A DNA stretch of 64,000 nucleotides, taken from IMG/VR virus record IMGVR_UViG_3300045988_151707, positions 32,001-96,000 of that record; one strand, given 5' to 3'. Shown here in pieces: positions 36,741-45,367 of the stretch. The number at the start of each line of letters is the position of its first letter. The first letter of the stretch is position 1. This stretch comes from a virus. The notes beneath the pieces were generated by a model. It was not told the origin of the DNA, ran no database searches, and saw only the letters and a list, made by a program, of their open reading frames with translations. The translations under genes were made by a program, and so were the position numbers.

Positions 36741-37256
36741 ATGGAATTTAAACATCAGAAAGACCTCGGTCCTGACGCCATTCAGAAATGGTGTGAGGAA
36801 CTGGACCGGAAACCCAAAAGAGAATTAACACCGGAAGAAGGAAAAACTTTGTTTATGTGTATGATAAACGAACCCCATTACAGAACAGACAAAAATTTTG
36901 AATCCTTGCTAGGTAAATGGAACGGAGTCGCCATCCTTCACGACCGGATAAAAGAAAACCACACCTACACTATTGAGAACGCAGTCCTGCTTTTCCTCGG
37001 ATCTGTGATTGACCGACCGGGAATAGCTGTCCAATATGCAAACTTCATGCAGTACAAATGCTGGCAGTACCATATCAAGCATGTAGATATGAAATCCTTC
37101 ACCAGACGTATTTTACCGGCAGGACTTCTCACCGAAGATGCCTTATATGAAATGTGGAACAAACAAAAGTATATCAGTGAAAAAGAAAGAGGACTTCTCA
37201 ACATGCTGGATAATGCTTATTTCATGCAGTCAATCAGAGAAATAGAAGAAAAATAG
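36741..37256 (+). CDS. hypothetical early protein
   Basis: 171-aa ORF. Confidence 0.5.
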   Translation: MEFKHQKDLGPDAIQKWCEELDRKPKRELTPEEGKTLFMCMINEPHYRTDKNFESLLGKWNGVAILHDRIKENHTYTIENAVLLFLGSVIDRPGIAVQYANFMQYKCWQYHIKHVDMKSFTRRILPAGLLTEDALYEMWNKQKYISEKERGLLNMLDNAYFMQSIREIEEK

Positions 37257-37260
37257 CCCT

Positions 37261-37866
37261 ATGACCGCAAACGATTATTCAATAGAAAAATATCTGTCTG
37301 AATACCTGAAGCCGCTGGAAGAGAAAGGAATTATTACAGACTTGCGGGTTATTCCATGCAGATGCCGCATCATGTTCAGACTGAATGAACCCTCACGAGA
37401 AAACTCAATGAAAGTCATTATCGAAACAGAGGCGGATGAAGACCATATCACATTTTTCAAGTCCGATGTGTCGGTGGAGGAAACATTTAGATCACCTGAA
37501 CGAATGTTTATTTATCAAAGACTCATGGATGCAAATAAAACCCTTAATGATGAACTAAACAAGAAGTCAGTAAACACCGATTTATACATTACGAAATACC
37601 TGAAGCCGCTGGAAGAAATCGGAATTATCCAAAACATTCAAATAGAGAATAATGGGAACGTCTGGTTCTACATGAAAGCGAAAATAAAAGGCATGACTGT
37701 TTCTGGTCGTATTATTCCAGGTACAGAGTTTGATCTAGTCACTCTTCAGACGAATAGTTGTCGAACTGTATGTAAGATATTCTCATTTGTAAAAAATGAA
37801 TCCTATACAAATGATTTGAAAGTATGCCTAGTAAATTTAATGGATAATCTTGATGAATTACTTTAA
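37261..37866 (+). CDS. internally duplicated protein
   Basis: KYLSEYLKPLEEKGIITDL and KYLKPLEEIGIIQNI each begin one half of the protein. Confidence 0.5.
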   Translation: MTANDYSIEKYLSEYLKPLEEKGIITDLRVIPCRCRIMFRLNEPSRENSMKVIIETEADEDHITFFKSDVSVEETFRSPERMFIYQRLMDANKTLNDELNKKSVNTDLYITKYLKPLEEIGIIQNIQIENNGNVWFYMKAKIKGMTVSGRIIPGTEFDLVTLQTNSCRTVCKIFSFVKNESYTNDLKVCLVNLMDNLDELL

Positions 37867-37878
37867 ATCAATCAAATA

Positions 37879-38289
37879 ATGGAATCAAAATCAGAAGGTG
37901 CAAAAAGACTGGAAGAAGAAGTTCTTTTCATAAAGCAAGAAATGGAAACCGAGCTCGCTCCATACAGAATGAAACTCCTGGAGATACATAACGAAATGAA
38001 CAGGATCTCGCAACCATACGAGAAAAGAATCAAGCAGAAAGAACAGGAATATCTCGATAAATTCCTTGTAGACTGTAACGGGAACATCATTCACACGGGA
38101 GACGTTCTTATAAACAACGTAACCAGTGATTCATTTAAAGTGGTAAACCGGTTCCAGCAAAAGCTGATTCATTACCTCGGTAATCCTCGTGTGGTAGTAG
38201 TAAAACTGAATAAGAAAGGAGAGGCCGGGAAGAAAGAATTTTCTATTTTCCCGAATGAGCTACAAACCTATTATACTCTCAAAAAATAA
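37879..38289 (+). CDS. hypothetical early protein
   Basis: 136-aa ORF with a helical N-terminus. Confidence 0.5.
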   Translation: MESKSEGAKRLEEEVLFIKQEMETELAPYRMKLLEIHNEMNRISQPYEKRIKQKEQEYLDKFLVDCNGNIIHTGDVLINNVTSDSFKVVNRFQQKLIHYLGNPRVVVVKLNKKGEAGKKEFSIFPNELQTYYTLKK

Positions 38290-38294
38290 GTAGT

Positions 38295-38597
38295 ATGGAC
38301 AATAAAGTCAAACCCAGAATAAGCGCAGTCATTACCGACTGTCTGAAGTGTCCGCACTCAAAAAGGTACGACTCTTCTCAAGGCTCAACCGGTTCAGTGC
38401 TTGTATGCAAAGAAAAAGAACAAATAATCATTAGTGATGATTATATTTATCACACAGATAAGATAAATATGAGTAACTTTATCCTGGAATGGTGCCCGCT
38501 GGATTGCTACACCGGAGAGAATGAAATTTACGGGCTTAAAGAAAAAAACCTACGTGATTCACAATGTGAAGTACCTATGGTGAGATATAATAACTAG
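38295..38597 (+). CDS. four-Cys protein, paralog A
   Basis: ISAVITDCLKCP...VLVC...EWCPLDCY. Confidence 0.5.
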   Translation: MDNKVKPRISAVITDCLKCPHSKRYDSSQGSTGSVLVCKEKEQIIISDDYIYHTDKINMSNFILEWCPLDCYTGENEIYGLKEKNLRDSQCEVPMVRYNN

Positions 38598-38602
38598 AAC
38601 CT

Positions 38603-38854
38603 ATGGCAGAAAAAAAGAAAATCAGCACAATTGTTTCGCATTGCGAAGAATGCGTTTTCCACCGGAAATACAACCAGGAAGGCGCTAGTTTTGGATATAT
38701 CATTCTATGTTCACCCACAAATAGGGTGGTAAAGCGGAATGACGTAAATAAAATTATTGATGCACCAATAGAAATCCCAGACTGGTGTCCGCTAGATGAC
38801 TATCAGGGGGATAATAAAACCTATGAAATTTTAGATACAGAACAAAACGAATAA
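38603..38854 (+). CDS. four-Cys protein, paralog B
   Basis: ISTIVSHCEECV...IILC...DWCPLDDY. Tandem duplicate of the preceding gene. Confidence 0.5.
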   Translation: MAEKKKISTIVSHCEECVFHRKYNQEGASFGYIILCSPTNRVVKRNDVNKIIDAPIEIPDWCPLDDYQGDNKTYEILDTEQNE

Positions 38855-38857
38855 ACC

Positions 38858-39340
38858 ATGAAAAAAGAATTTACCGAGGACCAGCTTGTATATATACGAG
38901 ACGTTTTCGCTCATGAATGTGACAGATATATTGATTCAGGCGAAAGGGATATGGCGCATGAAGCACTGGATATTGTAAACGTAGTACAGTCAAAATACGA
39001 CTGTGACGAATACGCCGACCTGGAATCCTTTATGCTGGATGAAAGCTGGACTTATGGCTACATAGAAAAACGTGAATTGGAAGAAAGTGAAGAAGAAGCT
39101 GTCAGACTGATGATTCAATTTTCCAAATCTTCGGAACAGGACCCATCGGAAGAACTGAAAGAAGCGGTAAATGAGCATTTGTATTTAAACGATGCAAATC
39201 GAGGAAAAACGAAGCTGGATGTAGTAATGAATAGAAAAGTAAAGATAAACAGACTCATTATTCTTTGCATAAATTCATGCGAGGAAAGCGAATTGATAAG
39301 ACTTGATGACATAGCAGACTTGCTGGCCGAAAACATTTAA
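38858..39340 (+). CDS. acidic hypothetical protein
   Basis: 160-aa ORF rich in D/E. Confidence 0.5.
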   Translation: MKKEFTEDQLVYIRDVFAHECDRYIDSGERDMAHEALDIVNVVQSKYDCDEYADLESFMLDESWTYGYIEKRELEESEEEAVRLMIQFSKSSEQDPSEELKEAVNEHLYLNDANRGKTKLDVVMNRKVKINRLIILCINSCEESELIRLDDIADLLAENI

Positions 39341-39352
39341 AACGAATAAACC

Positions 39353-40105
39353 ATGGAAGAAAGAAAAATAAACTTTAAAAAGAACGATGATAATACTCCA
39401 GTTCTTGATCCGGACGGAATGCTTTACGAAAAGCTGACAGAGAAACAGAAGAAAATAAACGAAAGAATCTCTTTATTGCTTTACATGCTAAAAGAAGGGA
39501 GCCTGAAAGAGGGTACAAAAGAAGCATTGCTTGAATTGTTTCATAAGAATGCAATAGACATCCTGAACGAACTTGGATATGAAGACAGCCTGAATAAAAA
39601 GTACAATGAATACATCCAGGAAATACGCTCACTCAACCATGAGAACCGGGAACTAAGAAAACAGCTTGGCATGAAGGTATCGAACGAGGATGCAAGGGAA
39701 AGGTTGAAACTTATCACTGAATCCTTTGGTGAATGGTGGCACAACGAAGGAACCGGGAATATAGATGATATTATTTTCGACCGGTACAAAATGACAGCCA
39801 CATTGAGAGGGAGTATATTCCCTTCCAGTCGCGAAAAGGAAATAAAAAATCAGGTGGAAATGTTGAAGAAAAAAGGATTCGATGTATCGTCTGTCACAAA
39901 CTACGGGCACCACCTTACAGCCTCTGAAAAAAACTTCAATATTCTGAAAGAACTTTTCAAAAGCGCTTTCCCGCATTCGGACATTGACGAAATAAATACA
40001 GCCACCTATCTGGGAGGTGAAAGCAGAGAAGAATATGTGTACGTTATTACAAAGATCATCGTTAATTTCAATAACCTTGACGACATTAAAATCACAGAGC
40101 CATGA
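39353..40105 (+). CDS. hypothetical coiled-coil protein
   Basis: 250-aa ORF. Confidence 0.5.
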   Translation: MEERKINFKKNDDNTPVLDPDGMLYEKLTEKQKKINERISLLLYMLKEGSLKEGTKEALLELFHKNAIDILNELGYEDSLNKKYNEYIQEIRSLNHENRELRKQLGMKVSNEDARERLKLITESFGEWWHNEGTGNIDDIIFDRYKMTATLRGSIFPSSREKEIKNQVEMLKKKGFDVSSVTNYGHHLTASEKNFNILKELFKSAFPHSDIDEINTATYLGGESREEYVYVITKIIVNFNNLDDIKITEP

Positions 40106-40521
40106 CCGAACTGAATACTGAAAATGTGGACCGAATTTTCGCCGACTGCATGTTTCGCAGCCACGAAGAATACGAAGAATGTAAGAAAGAAGGACTTCAT
40201 TTTTTTGTGCGTTCTATTCAGAATACCAATGTAAATGTAGGATTCCATACGGAACGTATCGAAAAGCACCGGCAGGAAATCAGAGAAATGTTGTTGCAAT
40301 TACCTGACGGATTCTTTAAAGATAAAGGTGGCGGAGCTTCTTTCCTGCAAGCTGCTTGCGCAAAAGATGGAGAATTATGGACAGGATTCCATACAGAAGT
40401 AGAAAAGCTTTGCCTGCTTGGACTCGCTTCAAAACAGATGCGGATGCTTACACCAGACGCGGAGATATGCCCAATGCTACCAGGCGGAATGCCCTATCTG
40501 CGTGTGGAAATAGAACAGTAA
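40102..40521 (+). CDS. hypothetical early protein
   Basis: 139-aa ORF with an ATGA overlap with the upstream gene. Confidence 0.5.
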   Translation: MTELNTENVDRIFADCMFRSHEEYEECKKEGLHFFVRSIQNTNVNVGFHTERIEKHRQEIREMLLQLPDGFFKDKGGGASFLQAACAKDGELWTGFHTEVEKLCLLGLASKQMRMLTPDAEICPMLPGGMPYLRVEIEQ

Positions 40522-40560
40522 TTTTATACATTCATTTATACATAAAAATACAAACAGATT

Positions 40561-40875
40561 ATGAAAGATAAAATCTTAAAAGCAATCAACTTTATTTTCC
40601 CTATTTTCGTATGTGCTCAAATAGCCTTTTCTGTTTTTTCATATTTTAACGGGACTGAAACAAGGGACTTGTTGTACAATTTTTTCATCTCTATTATATT
40701 GATGCTTTCTTTCATCATTGCACAGATAGCCAAGACATGCACCCAGTTCCTGATGATAAAGCGGATTGAACACAGATTGATTATCAATCTTTTAAACGCC
40801 ATTCAAGGGAACACGAGCCATGAAAAACAGCCGGAAAATAAAGATTCAAAAAGCAAAGATGAAGAAAAATCGTAG
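40561..40875 (+). CDS. small membrane protein
   Basis: Two hydrophobic helices and a charged tail. Last gene of the block. Confidence 0.5.
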   Translation: MKDKILKAINFIFPIFVCAQIAFSVFSYFNGTETRDLLYNFFISIILMLSFIIAQIAKTCTQFLMIKRIEHRLIINLLNAIQGNTSHEKQPENKDSKSKDEEKS

Positions 40876-40887
40876 TTACGCCAGTTT

Positions 40888-40964
40888 AGTGGCGTAGTAT
40901 CGCCACCAAAAAATCTATTAAGCGCGACTGAAGTGGCGTAGTATCGCCACTAAAAAATCTATTA
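40888..40964. repeat. two tandem 33-bp repeats, each containing a GTGGCG/CGCCAC hairpin
   Basis: AGTGGCGTAGTATCGCCAC(C/T)AAAAAATCTATTA at 40888-40920 and 40932-40964 (32/33 identical). Confidence 0.7.
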
Positions 40965-40988
40965 ATAAACACTTTAGCCAAGATCAAC

Positions 40989-41027
40989 AAAAATCCCGAC
41001 AAATCAGAAGTTTTGCCGGGATTTTTT
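40989..41027. terminator. bidirectional terminator between the plus block and the portal gene
   Basis: AAAATCCCGACAAA ... TTTTGCCGGGATTTT stem with flanking A/T runs. Confidence 0.6.
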
Positions 41028-41066
41028 CTGTGAATAAAACCAAAAAAAGAAGAAGAAAAATGTATG

Positions 41067-42800
41067 TTATAGCGTGGATTCTGTCTCTTCTGTGCCTGTT
41101 GCGCTGCGGTCGAGCGTGGTAAATGTCTGCTGACGGATGACTATTTCTCCATGCTTGTCCCATTTATTGAATGTATAGATATTCTTCAGGAACCGCAGAT
41201 AAATGCGCTGCCGGGTAGAAAGCTGGTTTTGCTTGAGCAACTGCAATTCGCGCTGGTAAGTTCCCCCACTGCTACCGCTTTTACCGGGAACCGCACCAAT
41301 AAGGGCCGGATGCACACCGATGGCAAAGAATATAATGCTGGATATTTCCTCCAACTCGTTTTTCAATTCTATTGAGTTTGCTACCTGCGGCACATCCACA
41401 ATCTCGACCGCATGCTGCATCGTCTTCCCGTCAGGGCCTACAAACGAGTCCAGACAAATAGTTTTCCCGTTGTTCTCACGGCGTTGAAGGAACTCATTCA
41501 CCTTCTTATAGATACTGTCACGTACAGCTTGTTTCGCTTCGGTAGTATCCGCTCCCATTTCATCGAACATCGCACGAAGGTATTCGTTGTTGATGAAAAT
41601 CATTTTACCCCACATGGTCGCATTCTGGCGGGCCATGTGCTTATCAGCCATCAGAGTCGTGGCATAATCGAAGGTCATCGACGGGAAGATACTCCACCAG
41701 GCCGGCTGAGGGTAATAAGGTTTCAGCATAGACGCATAGTAGCTGGGACAGCAGAACCAGGTGGTACGTTTCTTTGGAGGACGGTTCTTACTCTTTTCCA
41801 CCTGACGGCGAAGCTCCGTAAGCATATTTTCAGGCATCAGTGTGGGATAAGCCACCACATCCTTTCTTTCCAGCTTTGGCGTGGCATCCTTTCGCCACTT
41901 CTCCGCATAATACACGTAGTTTATGCGCATCCGTTCGTCCATTTCCTCCATACGGCAGCACACCGCCGGAATGTTTCCTAACTTGACGATTTTCGGGTCC
42001 CACTCTTCGTCCTTCCGTCCGATGCTTAGCCCGATAGTCGGGAAATAAATGTCCATGTGCGCGTCGTCTGTCATGCACTTCAGGTAGTGAAGTTCCAGAT
42101 TGTTATTTTCGCAGAACTTGTCCCATTCCTTGTCGGTCTCTTCCCAGGTGCGATAATCTTCACGAAGCTGCTTCAGCTCGTATTCAGGTGTTCCAACCTG
42201 TGCGGAATCTTTCTTCTCCTCTCCGGAGATGGCCTGCGACCAGGTGATTGTACCTCCCCCACCCTGCTCTTCGCCGCTTTCTGCTTTCTGCTGGTCAATC
42301 TGTGCCTGAATCTCCATGATGCGGTTGCGAATCAGTAGTCCGGCATCCTTGAAGGGAATCAGTTCAGTCTTTACCGTACCGTTTACGTAGCGTGACCAGC
42401 GGTACATAAGCTGCGGCCCGAGCCCTACGGCCAGGTCAATAATATATTTGATGGCGGCCGCCGTGTATGGAAGACTGCCTACCAGCTTGTAGATGGTATT
42501 CGGCAGCATGTTGCCAGGTCCCCATGGAATGTAACCAAGACCGGGTGTCCCGGCATTGCTGACCGGCACCGGGTTTGACTGCCGGCTGTCGAAAATATCA
42601 AACGTGCCCTGAATGGGCAGCCCGCCGATAGCCCCTCCCCCTTTCATCATTTCCGAGGAAGATACAGACGGGATTTCCGACACGAGGGCCGTGCCGATAC
42701 ACTGGTATCCACGGTCTAAGAGTGAAGTCACTTTTCCTCTGAACTCCTTTATTCCCGGGTTGGACTTCTTACGGTTTGTATTTTTTGTGTTTGTCGCCAT
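41067..42800 (-). CDS. portal protein (probable)
   Basis: 577 aa, second gene of a late operon. The C-terminal pattern AIGVHPALIGAVPGKSGSSGGTYQRELQLL...R is like portal stem/clip regions. Judged by eye only. Confidence 0.55.
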   Translation of the reverse strand: MATNTKNTNRKKSNPGIKEFRGKVTSLLDRGYQCIGTALVSEIPSVSSSEMMKGGGAIGGLPIQGTFDIFDSRQSNPVPVSNAGTPGLGYIPWGPGNMLPNTIYKLVGSLPYTAAAIKYIIDLAVGLGPQLMYRWSRYVNGTVKTELIPFKDAGLLIRNRIMEIQAQIDQQKAESGEEQGGGGTITWSQAISGEEKKDSAQVGTPEYELKQLREDYRTWEETDKEWDKFCENNNLELHYLKCMTDDAHMDIYFPTIGLSIGRKDEEWDPKIVKLGNIPAVCCRMEEMDERMRINYVYYAEKWRKDATPKLERKDVVAYPTLMPENMLTELRRQVEKSKNRPPKKRTTWFCCPSYYASMLKPYYPQPAWWSIFPSMTFDYATTLMADKHMARQNATMWGKMIFINNEYLRAMFDEMGADTTEAKQAVRDSIYKKVNEFLQRRENNGKTICLDSFVGPDGKTMQHAVEIVDVPQVANSIELKNELEEISSIIFFAIGVHPALIGAVPGKSGSSGGTYQRELQLLKQNQLSTRQRIYLRFLKNIYTFNKWDKHGEIVIRQQTFTTLDRSATGTEETESTL

Positions 42801-42804
42801 ATAA

Positions 42805-43068
42805 CTACTTAACCAATATCTTTGTGTCGTTAATCTGCAGAATAAGTACGTCGTACACGTAACGGAAATCTCCGTTTGGCATTACCAGTTTACGGTATCC
42901 CTTTTCTCGGTTGTACGAAACGGCACGCTGCACGTTGTAACATTCGCTTATCGTTCCGTCCTTACACACAAAACGTATGTCGAACGGCTTGTTTTTCCCG
43001 TCCGGAGTGCGGGCGTTCATCAGCTTGTACGCCTCCGTCCAGAGCAGACGTTTGGTCGGTTTCTTCAT
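42805..43068 (-). CDS. small basic protein (start at ATG 43068)
   Basis: First ORF after late promoter 6. The ORF-track TTG start lies in the -7 box. Confidence 0.45.
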   Translation of the reverse strand: MKKPTKRLLWTEAYKLMNARTPDGKNKPFDIRFVCKDGTISECYNVQRAVSYNREKGYRKLVMPNGDFRYVYDVLILQINDTKILVK

Positions 43069-43086
43069 CTTTCGTTTGTTTTGGTA

Positions 43087-43129
43087 CAAAGATATACAAG
43101 GTTAATATGGTAATGAAGGACAAAAAAAC
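43087..43129 (-). promoter_or_regulatory. late promoter copy 6 (TTTTTTTGTCCTTC-N-TATCTTTG)
   Basis: Invariant core and 26-nt spacing. Confidence 0.65.
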
Positions 43130-43494
43130 GCACCTCCCTTCACAGGGAAGCGCGGTAAACATAACACTGATAATGATTGTATCAAACAACATTACTTTGT
43201 GCGATTATCCTTCCATCTTCCTTCACAGGAAAATAGGACTTTGTGTAAGCTTAATTCTGTCAAAATAAAGAATAAAGTGCACACCACCGTGTGCAATAAC
43301 ATGGTTACTATTTTTCTCATGATGATGCAAATATATCCTATTTCTCTGAATATCAAAAAGAAAAAGGATGAAGAACCACTGTTCCCCATCCAGGTGTAAT
43401 AAAACAAAGAACATTTTCATGCTCAATTCTTTGCAAATATAATGTTTTTACCGCACATAAGCAAACTTTGAAACTAATTGATTATCTGATTTAT

Positions 43495-43895
43495 AATAAA
43501 TACTTTTATTCAAACATACTTTTATTCTTTTATATAAAAATACTTTTACTCTTTTATTATTTCATACTTTTATATTTTCATTCAGTTGTATTAAAACATT
43601 ATTATTCTTTTGCATATCTGTATATTTGAATGTAAATACTTTTACTCTTTCATACTTTTATACTTTTATGTTTTTATACTTTTACTCAATTATTCTTTTA
43701 TACGTTCATACTTCTATGATTTTGTACTAAAATATCTTTCCATCACCCATTTTGTATTTTCACACAAAAGTATGTTTATATAAAAATACTTTTGTGTTTT
43801 TACGTTTCTATGCTTTTATTCATTTATACTATTATTATTTTATGTATCCGCACAAAAATGCTTTTATATTTTTATTCAAAAATACTTTTATGCGT
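43495..43895. repeat. centromere-like array of short TACTTTTA(T/C) repeats upstream of parA
   Basis: At least nine exact TACTTTTA copies plus variants (TGCTTTTAT, TACTTCTAT, TACTTTTGT) in a very AT-rich 400 bp. Confidence 0.6.
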
Positions 43896-44002
43896 TTGCA
43901 CATTTGAATATTTACATTTTTGCATAAAAATATTTCTGTATTTATGGAGGAAATGAAAAAAAACGACTATCTTTGCAGTGTAATAAAACAAAAACATTTG
44001 AT

Positions 44003-44785
44003 ATGGCAATTACAATTTCTTCATTCAACTTTAAGGGTGGAGTAGGGAAGACCACTACCACCGTCAATCTGGCAAAAGCCTTACATTCTCTTGGTAAACG
44101 TGTGCTGGTAATAGATGCCGACGCACAGGGTAACGCATCTAAAATGATGGGATTCCGTCTGGCCACGGAAAAGGATGGTAAAACCCTTTACGAAGCCATG
44201 TCTGGAAATGCCAGCATCATGGAATGTGTGTTCTGTGAAAATGAAAACGAAGAAAGCTTCGACTTCATTCCTTCACGCCCGAACTTATACCAGTGCGAAC
44301 AGGAACTGGTTAGCCGTACCGGACGCGAATACATCCTTCGCATGATGCTGAACAATCTGGAAGACCATTATGATTTTATCCTGATTGACTGCCCTCCGAA
44401 CTACGGACTGGTTTCTATCAATGCAATGGTGGCTTCTGACTACCTGCTGATTCCTATCAACTGCGAAGTATTTGCCCTTGACGGAATGGGCCTGATTACC
44501 GCAAAATATGAGGAAATCAAAAAGCTGGTGAACCCGAAACTTGAAATTCTGGGTTACATCATGTCACGCTACGACAAGCGTCTGTCGCTTCACCGTCAGG
44601 CATACGAACAGATGAATCAGAATTTCCCTGGGAAGGTGTTCAATACCACCATCCGCACGAACATTCAGCTGGCCGAATCGCCTGCGCAGCGCATGAACGT
44701 GTTCGATTTTGCGCCCAACTGCACGGGAGCTGCCGACTACATGGAGCTGGCCAAAGAGATTCTATCACGATTAGATAACCGGTAA
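44003..44785 (+). CDS. parA: ParA-family partition ATPase
   Basis: Deviant Walker A FNFKGGVGKTTT. A TATCTTTG box at 43968-43975 places the start at ATG 44003. Confidence 0.85.
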   Translation: MAITISSFNFKGGVGKTTTTVNLAKALHSLGKRVLVIDADAQGNASKMMGFRLATEKDGKTLYEAMSGNASIMECVFCENENEESFDFIPSRPNLYQCEQELVSRTGREYILRMMLNNLEDHYDFILIDCPPNYGLVSINAMVASDYLLIPINCEVFALDGMGLITAKYEEIKKLVNPKLEILGYIMSRYDKRLSLHRQAYEQMNQNFPGKVFNTTIRTNIQLAESPAQRMNVFDFAPNCTGAADYMELAKEILSRLDNR

Positions 44786-44796
44786 AACCCACGATT

Positions 44797-45297
44797 ATGG
44801 CTAAACAACGATTCAACCTGAATGAAACAATGCTCGATGCCCGGCAGGGCATTGAGGAAGCACGCGCCAACGCGGAGAAGGCAGGGGAGGAGAGTGCTGT
44901 GACTCAGGAAAAGGCAGAAGAAAAGACGGAAGAATCTCCTGCTACCTTCACTGCTGAAAACTCATGCGTTGAAGCAAATAACCAGAAAGAGGAAAACATC
45001 TGTCCGGAACAAGAGGCTGCGCCCGATAAAGAATCCGTTAAAAGTGAATCACCCGCAGTAGAACGGAAAATAAACGGCATACGAAAAAGAATTAGAAAAG
45101 ATGAAAAAGAGGGACGCATCATGCGGAATGTCTATCTGGAAGAAGACATGCTCGAGAAGCTGGAAGACATTAAGAAAAGCATGAACAAAGGCCGTAACAA
45201 GGAAAAGAAAGATACCTTGGTGTTTGTCATCGACTTGCTGAACGTAGCCGCGCAGGAGTTCATTGACAAATACTACAAAGACATCGTGGGGAAATAA
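44797..45297 (+). CDS. partition adaptor (ParB/ParG-like centromere-binding partner, by position)
   Basis: 166-aa ORF 12 nt after parA, with an acidic N-half and a basic helical C-half. Confidence 0.45.
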   Translation: MAKQRFNLNETMLDARQGIEEARANAEKAGEESAVTQEKAEEKTEESPATFTAENSCVEANNQKEENICPEQEAAPDKESVKSESPAVERKINGIRKRIRKDEKEGRIMRNVYLEEDMLEKLEDIKKSMNKGRNKEKKDTLVFVIDLLNVAAQEFIDKYYKDIVGK

Positions 45298-45318
45298 TTC
45301 CGCACAATTCATACACCG

Positions 45319-45359
45319 AAAGGGCAGGGGAGCACACGCTTCTCTGCCCTTCGCTTTTT
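45319..45359. terminator. rho-independent terminator after the par operon
   Basis: AAGGGCAG ... CTGCCCTT stem followed by GCTTTTT. Confidence 0.6.
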
Positions 45360-45367
45360 GAATGATG

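Noticed and set aside
43130-43440. Short ORFs (43192-43426) and a CTTCACAGG(G)AA direct repeat between the portal promoter and the centromere array
   Set aside because: The ORFs overlap one another in different frames, are AT-rich and have low-complexity translations. The repeat is only about 11 nt. There is not enough signal to call a gene or ncRNA.
43495-43895. Repeat-rich AT region that could be mistaken for a CRISPR array
   Set aside because: The units are only 8-10 bp and irregularly spaced. There are no 25-40-bp repeats or unique spacers, and no cas genes. The location upstream of parA fits a centromere.
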